NCBI GenBank assembly: GCA_050294405.1
Contig: JBNKOC010000001.1
Span: 32,001 to 96,000, forward strand
Origin: Fibrobacteria bacterium
GTDB taxonomy: Bacteria; Fibrobacterota; Fibrobacteria; UBA11236; JADFYW01
DNA length: 64,000 bases
Direction of reading: 5' to 3'
Under the pieces are notes generated by a model that had not been told where the DNA came from, did not search any database, and saw nothing but the letters and a program-made list of their open reading frames with translations. Below are positions 38,462 through 47,728 of the stretch, one piece after another. Position 1 is the stretch's first letter, and each line of letters opens with the position of its first letter. A program made the translations under genes and the position numbers.

Positions 38462-39661
38462 TTGGCAGTTTGGCAATACACAGGCCGCACCGCATCGGGT
38501 AAGGAAACCCAAGGCGAAATAAACGCTCCCAATAAAGACGGGGCTCAGCTCCTGTTGCGCAAAAAAAGAATTGTAATAAGCAAACTTCGTAAAAAGCCTT
38601 TGGAGCTTTCCTTTGATTTCAAAAGGGGGGTGGCCATTCGGGATTTGGCCCGTTTTACCCGGCAGTTTTCAGCTATGAATTCTGCAGGTCTTCCCTTAAT
38701 CCAATGTTTAGATACCCTGGCCGAACAGGAAAGCAACAAACGCTTAAAAACCGCTGTGGAAAAAATCAGTTTAGATGTGCAAAGTGGAAACACCCTTGCC
38801 GATTCTTTTTCCAAACACAAGGATATTTTTTCGGACCTCTACTGCCACATGCTAGCAGCTGGCGAGGCCGGGGGTATTTTAGATGAGATATTAATGCGCC
38901 TTGCGGATTACCAGGAAAAGGCCGATGCCCTTTTGCGTAAAATAAAAAAAGCCATGTATTATCCAGTGTTCGTGGTTTTGGTTTCCGTATGCGTGATTTT
39001 GTTTTTGCTCATTAAAGTGGTTCCCATTTTTGCCGATATGTTCCAATCCAATGGAGGAGCCCTCCCCGCACCTACAGCCCTGGTGATGAACATCAGTAGT
39101 TTAGTGCAGATGTATTGGTCTTATGGGTTTATTGCGGCGCTAAGTGGAGGTTATTTATTATACCGCTGGAGTAAAACCGAAAAAGGAGCCTTTGCTATCG
39201 ATCACTTTTTATTAAAGGCTCCGGTTTTTGGCCCCCTGATTCGCAAGAGCAGCGTGGCTCGTTTTACCCGAACCCTAAGCACCTTGTTAAGTGCAGGCGT
39301 TTCTATTTTAGAATCTCTGCAAATCACCTCCAGAACTTCGGGAAACAAGGTTATGGAAAAGGGTATTTTGACGGCTATTGATAGCATCACTGGGGGGCAA
39401 ACTATTGCAGAACCCTTAAAGGCCACTAAACTTTTTCCTCCAATGGTAATTCAAATGATATCCATTGGCGAAAAGACTGGTGGCTTATCAGAAATGTTGG
39501 GCAAGGTATCCGAATTTTTCGAAAATGAGGTGGATGCGGCCATTGATGGGTTAACCTCCCTTATAGAACCCATGATTATTGTATTTTTAGGCGTTTTTAT
39601 TGGTGGAATTCTTATTGCCATGTATTTACCCATGTTCGACATGGCTTCCAGCATCCATTAG
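38462..39661 (+). CDS. pilC: Type IV pilus / T2SS platform protein (PilC/GspF)
   Basis: FTRQFSAM..AGLP, AGEAGGILD, GEKTGGL, IEP, IAMYLPMF; TTG start. Confidence 0.9.
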   Translation: MAVWQYTGRTASGKETQGEINAPNKDGAQLLLRKKRIVISKLRKKPLELSFDFKRGVAIRDLARFTRQFSAMNSAGLPLIQCLDTLAEQESNKRLKTAVEKISLDVQSGNTLADSFSKHKDIFSDLYCHMLAAGEAGGILDEILMRLADYQEKADALLRKIKKAMYYPVFVVLVSVCVILFLLIKVVPIFADMFQSNGGALPAPTALVMNISSLVQMYWSYGFIAALSGGYLLYRWSKTEKGAFAIDHFLLKAPVFGPLIRKSSVARFTRTLSTLLSAGVSILESLQITSRTSGNKVMEKGILTAIDSITGGQTIAEPLKATKLFPPMVIQMISIGEKTGGLSEMLGKVSEFFENEVDAAIDGLTSLIEPMIIVFLGVFIGGILIAMYLPMFDMASSIH

Positions 39662-39749
39662 GTGGTAAAATAAAAAGAAAAAATGCCGGATTTTAGAAAA
39701 AACAAATGATTTTTAAACTTTATTAAATTAATATTGAAGAGATTCTGTC

Positions 39750-40082
39750 ATGGAAGTTTCAATCAGAAATAAAAACAAATGGCAAATACTGGATATTAAA
39801 GGCAATATCCGGGGTAAAGAGTCTGAGAATTTAAAGCAGGTTTGTCGGGAAAATTTAAAAGATGGCAACTTGTATATTGTGGCCAACTTTGAAAATGTCA
39901 GCTTTATTGATTCTACAGGCCTTGGGGCTCTTATCCATTGCCACCAAAATATGAAATCTGCCGGTGGCGATTTGCTTTTAATGAATTTGTCAGAGAACAT
40001 TTATGACTTGTTCGAAATGACTTCCGTGGACAAATTGTTCGAAATCCTCGATTCTGAAATGGAATTAGCGGACAAAGTTTAG
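39750..40082 (+). CDS. STAS domain anti-sigma factor antagonist
   Basis: NVSFIDSTGLGALI...LFEMT. Confidence 0.88.
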   Translation: MEVSIRNKNKWQILDIKGNIRGKESENLKQVCRENLKDGNLYIVANFENVSFIDSTGLGALIHCHQNMKSAGGDLLLMNLSENIYDLFEMTSVDKLFEILDSEMELADKV

Positions 40083-40205
40083 CTTCGAGCGCCTTGTCTC
40101 AAGCTGTGAACTTCAATTTTAAGAACTTTTCAGGAATGAAAATTGCCTCAAAATCTTAAAATTTCCTCTTTTTTTGCCTTTTTTAAAAAATTCTAAAAAA
40201 AAGCT

Positions 40206-40232
40206 TAAATATTTCTCTAAATATGTCGATAA
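40206..40232 (+). promoter_or_regulatory. Sigma-28 (FliA) promoter of flgM
   Basis: TAAA (40206-09), 15-nt spacer, GTCGATAA (40225-32); consensus is TAAA-N15-GCCGATAA. Confidence 0.8.
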
Positions 40233-40266
40233 TAAAGAATAGAGAAAACTATATCTTATAATAGTC

Positions 40267-40581
40267 ATGAAAATAGAACAGATAGCAAATACCTACGGAG
40301 TCGACCTGCAGAAAATGGCTGGGAACAAATCTGCTTCCAAGCCTGAAAAGTCTGAGAGAAAAAGCGATTCTGTATCTGTTTCTAAAGAAGCCAAGGACAT
40401 TAGTTCCACAAAGGCCTCTGCAGAAACCACTTCCAGACGCATTGAGGCTTTGCCCGATGTGCGCGCCGACAAAGTGGCGGAAGTGAAAGAACGCATTCAA
40501 AATGGGTTCTACGATACAGAAAAGTTTCGTTCTGAATTGGCTGAAAAGCTGATTAAAACTTTTAACTACCCTGCAGGATAG
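40267..40581 (+). CDS. flgM: Flagellar anti-sigma-28 factor FlgM
   Basis: DSVSVSKEA and PDVRADKVAEVKERIQNGFY...LAEKLI; upstream sigma-28 promoter. Confidence 0.9.
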   Translation: MKIEQIANTYGVDLQKMAGNKSASKPEKSERKSDSVSVSKEAKDISSTKASAETTSRRIEALPDVRADKVAEVKERIQNGFYDTEKFRSELAEKLIKTFNYPAG

Positions 40582-40590
40582 ACCAAATTT

Positions 40591-40621
40591 AAAGGGAGCT
40601 CCATAGCCAAGGCTCCCTTTT
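40591..40621 (+). terminator. Intrinsic terminator after flgM
   Basis: AAAGGGAGCT-loop-GGCTCCCTTTT. Confidence 0.7.
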
Positions 40622-40660
40622 CGCATATCCATAGCCTTTAGTTTTTTTAGTTGTTTTGGA

Positions 40661-41500
40661 GTGCATCCTCCAATTAAGAACTTGTATAATGGATTTATGA
40701 ATGTTTTTTACTGCCTATCTGCAGCCCTGGGTTTAATGCTTTTTGCCCAGGCTGCTATGGGGCAAGATGCTTTTATCTCTGCCGGGGAATGGGAACAGCC
40801 CAAGGCCGAAATCATTCGCTACGAGGTTCGAAAGACTTATTTAGGTAAAGAAATTAGGTTTAAAGCTTACTCTGTATTGGAAGGCCAGCATTACCAGGCC
40901 CAGAGTCAAAAAGTCAGCCGCAACAGCGCCGAGGGATGGTTTCCCATTTTAGTATATAGCCTGAATTACAGTTTTACTCGCGATGTTTATGAGCGCAATA
41001 CACAAACGCAACTTTTATGCTCCCGGCAAAAGGGAGTTCCTCTGGTGGAGGAAAAGGTTAAAATACTGGACTGGGACAATCCTTCCGAAAGAAAATTTCA
41101 TGCTGTAGATGGCTCCCCCCAGCTTAATGTTGTGAGCCGAAAAGAGGGTGTGCAAAATTATACCTTTAATCAGACTCCTGTGTATACGGCAGAACAGTTG
41201 TTTGTGTATTTGCGATCCCTGCCTTTGGAAAAAGGCTACCGGGAAAATATTTGGTTCTTAGGTCCCTTAACCGAAGAGGTGTACTCAAACAAGCCTTATA
41301 CATCGGAAATTGTGGTGCAGGGCCAAAGAGTATATAGGGATAAAAAAGTATGGTTTATAAGTGTTTCCGGACCTAAAAATACTTTTTATGAATTTTATTT
41401 AGATGTTAAGGGATTACACCAGGTGTATTACGCCAAATACCCCGATAACACCATATTCCAGTTGGAAAAACTGGAGTGGAAACGCTACTGGTTTTTTTAG
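40661..41500 (+). CDS. Hypothetical exported beta-rich protein
   Basis: Signal peptide from the second Met (..AQAAMG-Q); no recognised family. Confidence 0.6.
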   Translation: MHPPIKNLYNGFMNVFYCLSAALGLMLFAQAAMGQDAFISAGEWEQPKAEIIRYEVRKTYLGKEIRFKAYSVLEGQHYQAQSQKVSRNSAEGWFPILVYSLNYSFTRDVYERNTQTQLLCSRQKGVPLVEEKVKILDWDNPSERKFHAVDGSPQLNVVSRKEGVQNYTFNQTPVYTAEQLFVYLRSLPLEKGYRENIWFLGPLTEEVYSNKPYTSEIVVQGQRVYRDKKVWFISVSGPKNTFYEFYLDVKGLHQVYYAKYPDNTIFQLEKLEWKRYWFF

Positions 41501-41521
41501 CGAGAAACTGCCAGAGCTTTA

Positions 41522-42709
41522 TCAAAACTCGTATCCCACACCTAACATAAAAATACCCTGCATATAATTTTCGTTGGAGGGGTAGAGTTGGTAACGGCTA
41601 AAGGGCTGAAACCCATTGTCTTCGCCCTTGGTATCCCGCCATCCATATTCATAGCCTACATCCCATTTGTGGGGCAACCAGGAAGAGTTTTGCCAGGATT
41701 CTGGAAAGCGGGATGCAAATTTCAACCCCAAATTTAGAAAGCTAAATTTGTGAAGGCGGATGTCTGAGGTATGATAAAGCTCATTTCCCGAATAAAATGT
41801 TTTGGCGAAGGCCGCCCCGCTTTGGTGGTAAAGGCGAGTGGACAATCTAAAATAGGAATTTCCTGTAACATAATGGAAAAATTGAAAGTCTCCAGTGTAG
41901 GATAACAATTCCCAACTATCCCGATACAGTCTAAAATTGCTATGCACGGAAGAAAGCCTGTTTAAAAAATTAAATCCGATTATGTATTGGCCGGCAAGAG
42001 CAAGCGAGGTTTTGGCATTGGGGAGTTTTTCCAATAACATGTTGCCGTTTGCTAAAATCACGGGAGTATAGGGATGCCCCAGCACTCCATTGCTTTGAAT
42101 GAGGTTAGCGGTAAAACTGGCCAGGGATTTTATGGATAACAATTGGGTGAGGGATAAGCTAATAGATTGAATGTCTCTTTTTCCTCCCAAACCTTTAAAC
42201 TCCCCTTGTGGATGGAGCTCATCATAAAACAGGGCAACATCGGCCCCCAAGGTGGTATTGCGTCGGTTAAAGTCCCAAGCTAAACTAAAACTGGGAGAGT
42301 ACGAGGTGTAATCGCTTTCATCACTGTAATAAAAGGAAGCGTCCATGTCTCTGCCATCGTTAGAGTATTTGACACTTAGCTTTTCCGAGTGGCGGATTTC
42401 TCTTTTTGAGGCACCGCTAAGACCGTCCAGTTTTAAATCGTTATCTCCCTGGCGGCCTATGTTCCTAAGCCCCAGGCGACGGGAGGCCCCAGAAACAGCA
42501 TCCAGTTCCTGATTCCAACCAAATTTCCATTTCTCACTTAAGGATTTTAACAAAACCAAAGTGGGAGTGTGGTTCCAAACTTTGTTTTTGTCCCAATAAT
42601 ACATGTATTTAAAATCCAGTTTGTCCCCTGTGGTCCAACCTAACAAAAAGGGGCAAAACCCCAGGCAAATGGCAAGTAACAAAAGCTTTTTGAACCTGGA
42701 TTTTAACAC
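41522..42709 (-). CDS. DUF3570-like outer-membrane beta-barrel protein
   Basis: Signal peptide; DAVSGAS and DGLSGAS, SDESDYTS, FNRRNTTLG, GVLGHPY, E.LP, RLYRDSW, RLYHQSGAAF, TSDIRL; terminal GYEF. Confidence 0.8.
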   Translation of the reverse strand: MLKSRFKKLLLLAICLGFCPFLLGWTTGDKLDFKYMYYWDKNKVWNHTPTLVLLKSLSEKWKFGWNQELDAVSGASRRLGLRNIGRQGDNDLKLDGLSGASKREIRHSEKLSVKYSNDGRDMDASFYYSDESDYTSYSPSFSLAWDFNRRNTTLGADVALFYDELHPQGEFKGLGGKRDIQSISLSLTQLLSIKSLASFTANLIQSNGVLGHPYTPVILANGNMLLEKLPNAKTSLALAGQYIIGFNFLNRLSSVHSNFRLYRDSWELLSYTGDFQFFHYVTGNSYFRLSTRLYHQSGAAFAKTFYSGNELYHTSDIRLHKFSFLNLGLKFASRFPESWQNSSWLPHKWDVGYEYGWRDTKGEDNGFQPFSRYQLYPSNENYMQGIFMLGVGYEF

Positions 42710-42939
42710 CCGCAGCCGCCTCCCGAACCGGAGTTCCCCCCTGCAGAGCCTTCTCTGCGGGGTAGGTTATGGCTTTTTAACCCCTGCTCCACATTATCGG
42801 GTACCCGCTGCAAAATTGGATTTCCCAAGGTTTCTCTTTCGTAGGGCTTAACCTTGGCGCAGCCAATTAAAATAGGAAGATAAAACACAAGGCTAATTAA
42901 TATACTACGCCATAAGACTTTAAAGATATCCTTATTCAT
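42703..42939 (-). CDS. DUF4266-like small lipoprotein
   Basis: Lipobox LIGC, VKPYERETL, REGSAGG and C-terminal GGGCGC; start at ATG 42939. Confidence 0.85.
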   Translation of the reverse strand: MNKDIFKVLWRSILISLVFYLPILIGCAKVKPYERETLGNPILQRVPDNVEQGLKSHNLPRREGSAGGNSGSGGGCGC

Positions 42940-43672
42940 TGTTCGGATCTCCGTTTTCCATGGGGATATTCTTAGAGGGGCGAGCCCATCGGTAAGCCAC
43001 ATCATTGGGGTGGCAATACACGGCGCTGCAAGTCATTTCCACCGGATCGTAACTGGCTTCCCTGCCTTCAAATGCCATGGGATTATTCGAAGTTTCGTTG
43101 AAATCCACATCCACTTTTCCGTTGAGATGCGCAAAGGATGTTTGTAACTCTAACATTTCCGGCGGTGGGCCGGGACGTGGCGGTTGGAAAAGGGGTTTGT
43201 AGGCATAAAGAGTGTCAATACTTACCAAAGGCCAGTCTCGAATCATTTGTATATCTGGAAAATCCAAGGCATGGAACCTATTTCCATTAACATCCTGAAA
43301 AATAGAATCGGCAAAAGCCGTGTCGTGACCGGCGATGGAGTTAACATGGCAGTGCAAACATGTTATAGGCCGGTCGTTTGTGAGGCTGCTGTCCAGTTCG
43401 AAAAGGTGAAACACATGATTTGTATCTAAAAGAGGATAGGCATGGCAACTGGCGCAGTTAGGCCCAGCCTGGTCTATGCTATTTGCAGAGGTTAGTTCGG
43501 GTTCTGTCCATTGGCAATTTTGAAAAACTTGGAGGCAGGCAATTGCAAAAATGGTAATTTTAAGTGGATTTTTGGCGATTTTACTGCTTTTAAGGCAAAT
43601 CGGGAAGAAAATAGCCAATGGAAAGAATATGAAATTAAAAAAAATGCCAAGCATCAGTGCCACAAAGTACAT
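42932..43672 (-). CDS. CxxxxCH/CxxCH-type multiheme c cytochrome, membrane-anchored or lipoprotein
   Basis: CASCHAYP...HVFH, CLHCH, HLNGKVDVDF, TCSAVYCH; N-terminal hydrophobic segments ending in FQNC; start uncertain. Confidence 0.8.
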   Translation of the reverse strand: MYFVALMLGIFFNFIFFPLAIFFPICLKSSKIAKNPLKITIFAIACLQVFQNCQWTEPELTSANSIDQAGPNCASCHAYPLLDTNHVFHLFELDSSLTNDRPITCLHCHVNSIAGHDTAFADSIFQDVNGNRFHALDFPDIQMIRDWPLVSIDTLYAYKPLFQPPRPGPPPEMLELQTSFAHLNGKVDVDFNETSNNPMAFEGREASYDPVEMTCSAVYCHPNDVAYRWARPSKNIPMENGDPNNE

Positions 43673-43758
43673 ATATTTTTGTCATATTTCCAAGTGTCTG
43701 GTCTGAAGCCAAAATCACAATCACTTGAATTTCATTTGTTAATTAAGGGGGGAGCCTT

Positions 43759-44442
43759 ATGAAAGGTTTTTTATATGTATTGTTGTTGTTAGCGCTGTTT
43801 AATCCTGCATTTTCCCATCTTGAAGTAGGATCTTTATTGCCCAAAGGAGGGGAAACTTTTTACGTGGGTGATGCAATGACCATTGAATGGAATACGCTGC
43901 AAGCCCATGATGGTCGCTACGATATATACTTTTCCAAAAATGGGGGCGAAACCTATCCCTTGGAAATGGCCGGACCATGGCAGGGTTCCAGAACGGATGG
44001 AGAAAAAAACACCTATTTGTGGGAAATACCCGAAGATGCGGTAACTACTCAAGGTCGTATTCGTATTTGTCAATTGGCCGGAGGCCATTGTAAAGATCCT
44101 GGCGTATACATGATGGATAGTCCCGAAAACTTTTCCATTGAAGAAGAACCAGCTTCCATTGGACGCAATATTAAATCAGCTATAAATCCCTATAATTTTT
44201 CCATTACATCCCTGGAAAACAGATTGGATGTTCATTTCAATTTAGCCGAAGGCAATTCCGTGTCATTAAAAGCCTACGACTTAAGCGGAAAGCTGTTATC
44301 CACTTTAATTGAAAAAAACCTTGCAGGCGGAAATTACGAATTTAGCTACGATAGAGGTTTAAGTGGCAACAGTTCTGCGGTGGTATTTAAATTAGAAGTA
44401 AATGGTCTTTTTGCAGCTTCAAAAATATGGATGGCACCCTAG
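43759..44442 (+). CDS. Secreted Ig-like protein with His at the predicted mature N-terminus and a T9SS/FlgD-like C-terminal domain
   Basis: Signal peptide ...PAFS-H; PKGGETF.VG...IEW...HDG.YDI; C-terminal VSLKAYDLSGKLLSTL...GNY. Confidence 0.7.
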   Translation: MKGFLYVLLLLALFNPAFSHLEVGSLLPKGGETFYVGDAMTIEWNTLQAHDGRYDIYFSKNGGETYPLEMAGPWQGSRTDGEKNTYLWEIPEDAVTTQGRIRICQLAGGHCKDPGVYMMDSPENFSIEEEPASIGRNIKSAINPYNFSITSLENRLDVHFNLAEGNSVSLKAYDLSGKLLSTLIEKNLAGGNYEFSYDRGLSGNSSAVVFKLEVNGLFAASKIWMAP

Positions 44443-44514
44443 TCCATTTATTGGGAATCCTAAAAATTGACCTTCAATTTTTAGAGCCCTCCTAAAATAA
44501 AACAGTAGAATTTA

Positions 44515-44545
44515 ATGCAGGTTCATTTTGGGCCTGCGTTTTTTT
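44515..44545 (+). terminator. Intrinsic terminator
   Basis: ATGCAGGTTC-atttt-GGGCCTGCGT followed by a T-run; a second AT-rich hairpin lies at 44460-44484. Confidence 0.7.
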
Positions 44546-44602
44546 ATTTTTACCCTGCGGGAGCAGCTGGAATTTTTGCACCATTAGGGTAAAAGAGGAA
44601 TT

Positions 44603-45598
44603 ATGAAGTCAATTATTTTAGAAGAATACGGGGAGCACAGTCGTTTTATTCAAACTAAGGCCAATATTCCAGAACCAGGAGAAGGGGAAGTTTTGGTGAA
44701 AGTACGGGCCTCCAGTATCAATCCTTTGGATGCGAAAATTAAAAAAGGCCTCATCGGCCCGCCAGTTGCTTCTGCGTTACCTGCCGTATTACATGGGGAT
44801 TTTAGCGGTGAAGTCGCCAAATTGGGCGAAGGCGTTAATGTTTATGAATTAGGGCAAAATGTATATGGATATATTGGCGGGGTTTTGGGCTATAGCGGAG
44901 CTCTTAGTGATTATATAATTTGCCATGTAGGCCAATTGGCTCTAATGCCTAATAAGCTTAATTTTGAAGAGGCTGCAGTGCTTCCCCTTGCGGGAATAAC
45001 CGCCTGGGAAATGGTCATGGAAAGAGCCCAGGTTAAAAAAGGCCAAAAGGTTTTAATTTTAGGCGCCACTGGTGGGGTGGGGCATTTAGCTCTTCAACTG
45101 TGCAAGACTTTAGGGGCCAAAGTTTTTGCAGGATGTGGTCGTCCGGAAAGTGCGGAACTCGCCAAGCAATTGGGCGCAGATGAGGTTGTTTCTTATCAAA
45201 AAGATTTATTGGAAGAATATCAAAAAAAATCCAATGTTGAGTTTGATGTGGTGCTGGATATGGCGGGGGCTGAAAGTCTGGCCAATGCCTTTTTATTTTG
45301 TAAAAGAGGAGGCGTAGTGGCAACCATTGCGGCCCGTTCCGCTCAGGATTTAACGGCATTACATGTAAGAGGTCTTACCCTCCATGCCGTATTTATGTTG
45401 TTGCCCTTGTTTAATGGAAACGCTTCGCCCCGCTATGGCAAGATTTTACAGGAGCTTAATAAATTAGTGGATGAAAAAAAACTCAGCCCGGTTTTGGACA
45501 AGGAAAAATTTGACTTCAATGAAATCAATGAAGCCCATAGTTATTGGGCCAAAGGCCTGCATCTGGGGAAAATAGTGTTGATCAACAGGGATATGTAA
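44603..45598 (+). CDS. MDR superfamily NADPH:quinone reductase / zinc-binding dehydrogenase-like
   Basis: ASSINPLD, VLHGDFSG, GATGGVG, HLGKIVL. Confidence 0.9.
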   Translation: MKSIILEEYGEHSRFIQTKANIPEPGEGEVLVKVRASSINPLDAKIKKGLIGPPVASALPAVLHGDFSGEVAKLGEGVNVYELGQNVYGYIGGVLGYSGALSDYIICHVGQLALMPNKLNFEEAAVLPLAGITAWEMVMERAQVKKGQKVLILGATGGVGHLALQLCKTLGAKVFAGCGRPESAELAKQLGADEVVSYQKDLLEEYQKKSNVEFDVVLDMAGAESLANAFLFCKRGGVVATIAARSAQDLTALHVRGLTLHAVFMLLPLFNGNASPRYGKILQELNKLVDEKKLSPVLDKEKFDFNEINEAHSYWAKGLHLGKIVLINRDM

Positions 45599-45629
45599 TT
45601 AAAGGTGCCTCAAATATAAGGGGCCTTAC

Positions 45630-46430
45630 TTAACGCAAATCATTTGCCACGATTTTAAAATACTCTCCATAAATTTTCACATGGAGCGGGGAAGGCTGCA
45701 CCTTGCTAATACCTTCCATATCCTTTAAAATTTTTTTTAAATCTGCTTCCACAAAAAATGCTTCTCTTAATTTGGCAAAGGCCAAATCCAGATTTGTGTT
45801 TGTGCGAATATCCGAATGGCCTAAATCACACTTTGGATAGGAAAAAAAAGGAAAGAGGGCGAATGCTTTTAAAAATCCTTTATCAATGAGTTGTCGTAGT
45901 AACAAATCATAGGGCAACCCGGAGCTAATGTTCTGCTCTAGCAATTGGGCGCATTTGGAAATAGAATTTGGATTGACAAAATAGGAAGTGGCTCCTGTGA
46001 GGCTTCTGTTTTTCAAATCGAAAATGCTTATGTTTCCATCTTGCTGGTATTGTTCCCACATTTCTAAAAAATTGAAAAAGTTGTTTAAATCGGGCTGAAC
46101 AAAAATATCGCTATATATTAAATCCCAGCTCTCGGGGTTTTGAGAAAGAATAAATTTATGGCAATCGTTAATTGAAGAACTAAGCGTCACATCATCTTCA
46201 TACACATGTAGGATTTCTTTTTGCCCGGAACAATTTTTTAACAACTGCAAATGGCTTAAGAAACATCCCTTCTCGCCCCCTTTTAATGGGCATTCAGGGT
46301 GCGTGGGCGAATCAGCAGTAAGCGCTTCGAATCGATTGTAGTTCAGTAAATTAAAAGCGGCTATTTGATGTTCCATGGCCAGTGCTTTGGCCTTTTGAGA
46401 TTCCAGGTTTATGTAAAAGCCCTTTATCAT
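45630..46430 (-). CDS. Glycosyltransferase family 25-like
   Basis: FYINL, RFEA, GEKGCFLSH, YEDD, GATSYFV, D motifs. Confidence 0.8.
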   Translation of the reverse strand: MIKGFYINLESQKAKALAMEHQIAAFNLLNYNRFEALTADSPTHPECPLKGGEKGCFLSHLQLLKNCSGQKEILHVYEDDVTLSSSINDCHKFILSQNPESWDLIYSDIFVQPDLNNFFNFLEMWEQYQQDGNISIFDLKNRSLTGATSYFVNPNSISKCAQLLEQNISSGLPYDLLLRQLIDKGFLKAFALFPFFSYPKCDLGHSDIRTNTNLDLAFAKLREAFFVEADLKKILKDMEGISKVQPSPLHVKIYGEYFKIVANDLR

Positions 46431-47572
46431 TTTTGCCCGCCAGCGAAGGTTGCTATTACTTGCATCGTCGCCATTTTTAAATTTTGAGGTCCGGTTTTGA
46501 TGGCTTCTTCCAATGTTAATGGCCCGGGTTGAATAGAAAAGGCCGCGCTAAGGCCTAATTTATGAAGATCTGTCCATTTTTTTCCAAGCACTCCCGCCAA
46601 AGCGATTACGGGTATGTTTGTATTTTTTCCCATTTGGCAGACCAGGCCCGGTACTTTTCCAAAGGCGGATTGGCCATCCAGAGCCCCTTCGGCAGTAATA
46701 ATTAAATTTGTTTTGCGGAGGTATTTGCTAAAATTGCTGCTATCCAAAATCAACTGGGCTCCGGGTTTTAATCTTCCTTTAAGAAAACTTAGAATCCCAA
46801 AGCCGGTGCCTCCCGCGGCTCCAGCTCCAGGGAACTGGGGATTGGAGTCTTTATTGAGTTTGCGGGCAAGCCGGGCAAAATGCCTAAGCCCTTTATCTAA
46901 CTCAGCCTGGTCTTGTGAACTCGCTCCTTTTTGCGGACCATATACATAGGCTGCTCCCTTTTTTCCGTAGAGCGGATTGCTTACATCGCAGGCCACCTCA
47001 ATTTGACCTGGTTTAAAAGCAATAAGATGGCTTAAATCTATTTGGGAAATGTGTTGCAGGTTTCTTCCAGAAGGAGGTAAAAGCATTCTCTTGCTATCAT
47101 AAAAACGAGCCCCTAAAGCCGTTAACATACCCATGCCTCCATCTGTTGAGGCGGAGCCGCCAATTCCCACCAAAAATTTCTGTATGCCCATTTTATGAGC
47201 ATGGAGAATGAGCTGCCCTAATCCAAAGCTCGAAGCCTCCAGGGCATTTCGTTGTAATGGAGGTATTTGCTGCAGCCCTGAACATAAGGCCATTTCTATG
47301 ACTGCCGTGTTTTTATTTAATATTCCGTATTGACTGGGGACTAAAACGCCCAATGGATTTTGGGCTTTAGCTCTGATTATTTTGAAATTATTTTCCCCTT
47401 TGAAAAAATCCAACAGACCGTCTCCACCATCAGAAAGAGGGACCTCAAAAATTTTGCCGCATAAGCCGGAAGCTCTTGCTCCTTCGGCCATGATTTTAGC
47501 TGCCCTTTGGGCGGTCATACTTTCTTTAAAAGCATTAGGAGCTAGCAATAGGTTTATCTTTTTTTGAGCCAT
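46427..47572 (-). CDS. Glycerate kinase (GlxK/GarK family)
   Basis: APNAFKES, PLSDGGDG, IGGSASTDGG, GPQKGA, GAGAAGG, EGALDGQS.FGK. Confidence 0.93.
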   Translation of the reverse strand: MAQKKINLLLAPNAFKESMTAQRAAKIMAEGARASGLCGKIFEVPLSDGGDGLLDFFKGENNFKIIRAKAQNPLGVLVPSQYGILNKNTAVIEMALCSGLQQIPPLQRNALEASSFGLGQLILHAHKMGIQKFLVGIGGSASTDGGMGMLTALGARFYDSKRMLLPPSGRNLQHISQIDLSHLIAFKPGQIEVACDVSNPLYGKKGAAYVYGPQKGASSQDQAELDKGLRHFARLARKLNKDSNPQFPGAGAAGGTGFGILSFLKGRLKPGAQLILDSSNFSKYLRKTNLIITAEGALDGQSAFGKVPGLVCQMGKNTNIPVIALAGVLGKKWTDLHKLGLSAAFSIQPGPLTLEEAIKTGPQNLKMATMQVIATFAGGQK

Positions 47573-47728
47573 ATTGTTTCAAAATAATGTTTTAAACGCA
47601 GAATGTGGGAAATTTAAATCACAAAATTTCTGGGTAAATAAATTTTTAATAAGAACTAAATCCTTGAGGTATAAAATTTGAAATAACCTGAGAATTAAAA
47701 AGAAATCTATAAATTAAATTTTAATAAA

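Noticed and set aside
42940..43005. Longer start for the DUF4266-like lipoprotein
   Set aside because: It overlaps the cytochrome gene; the ATG at 42939 gives a normal lipoprotein signal
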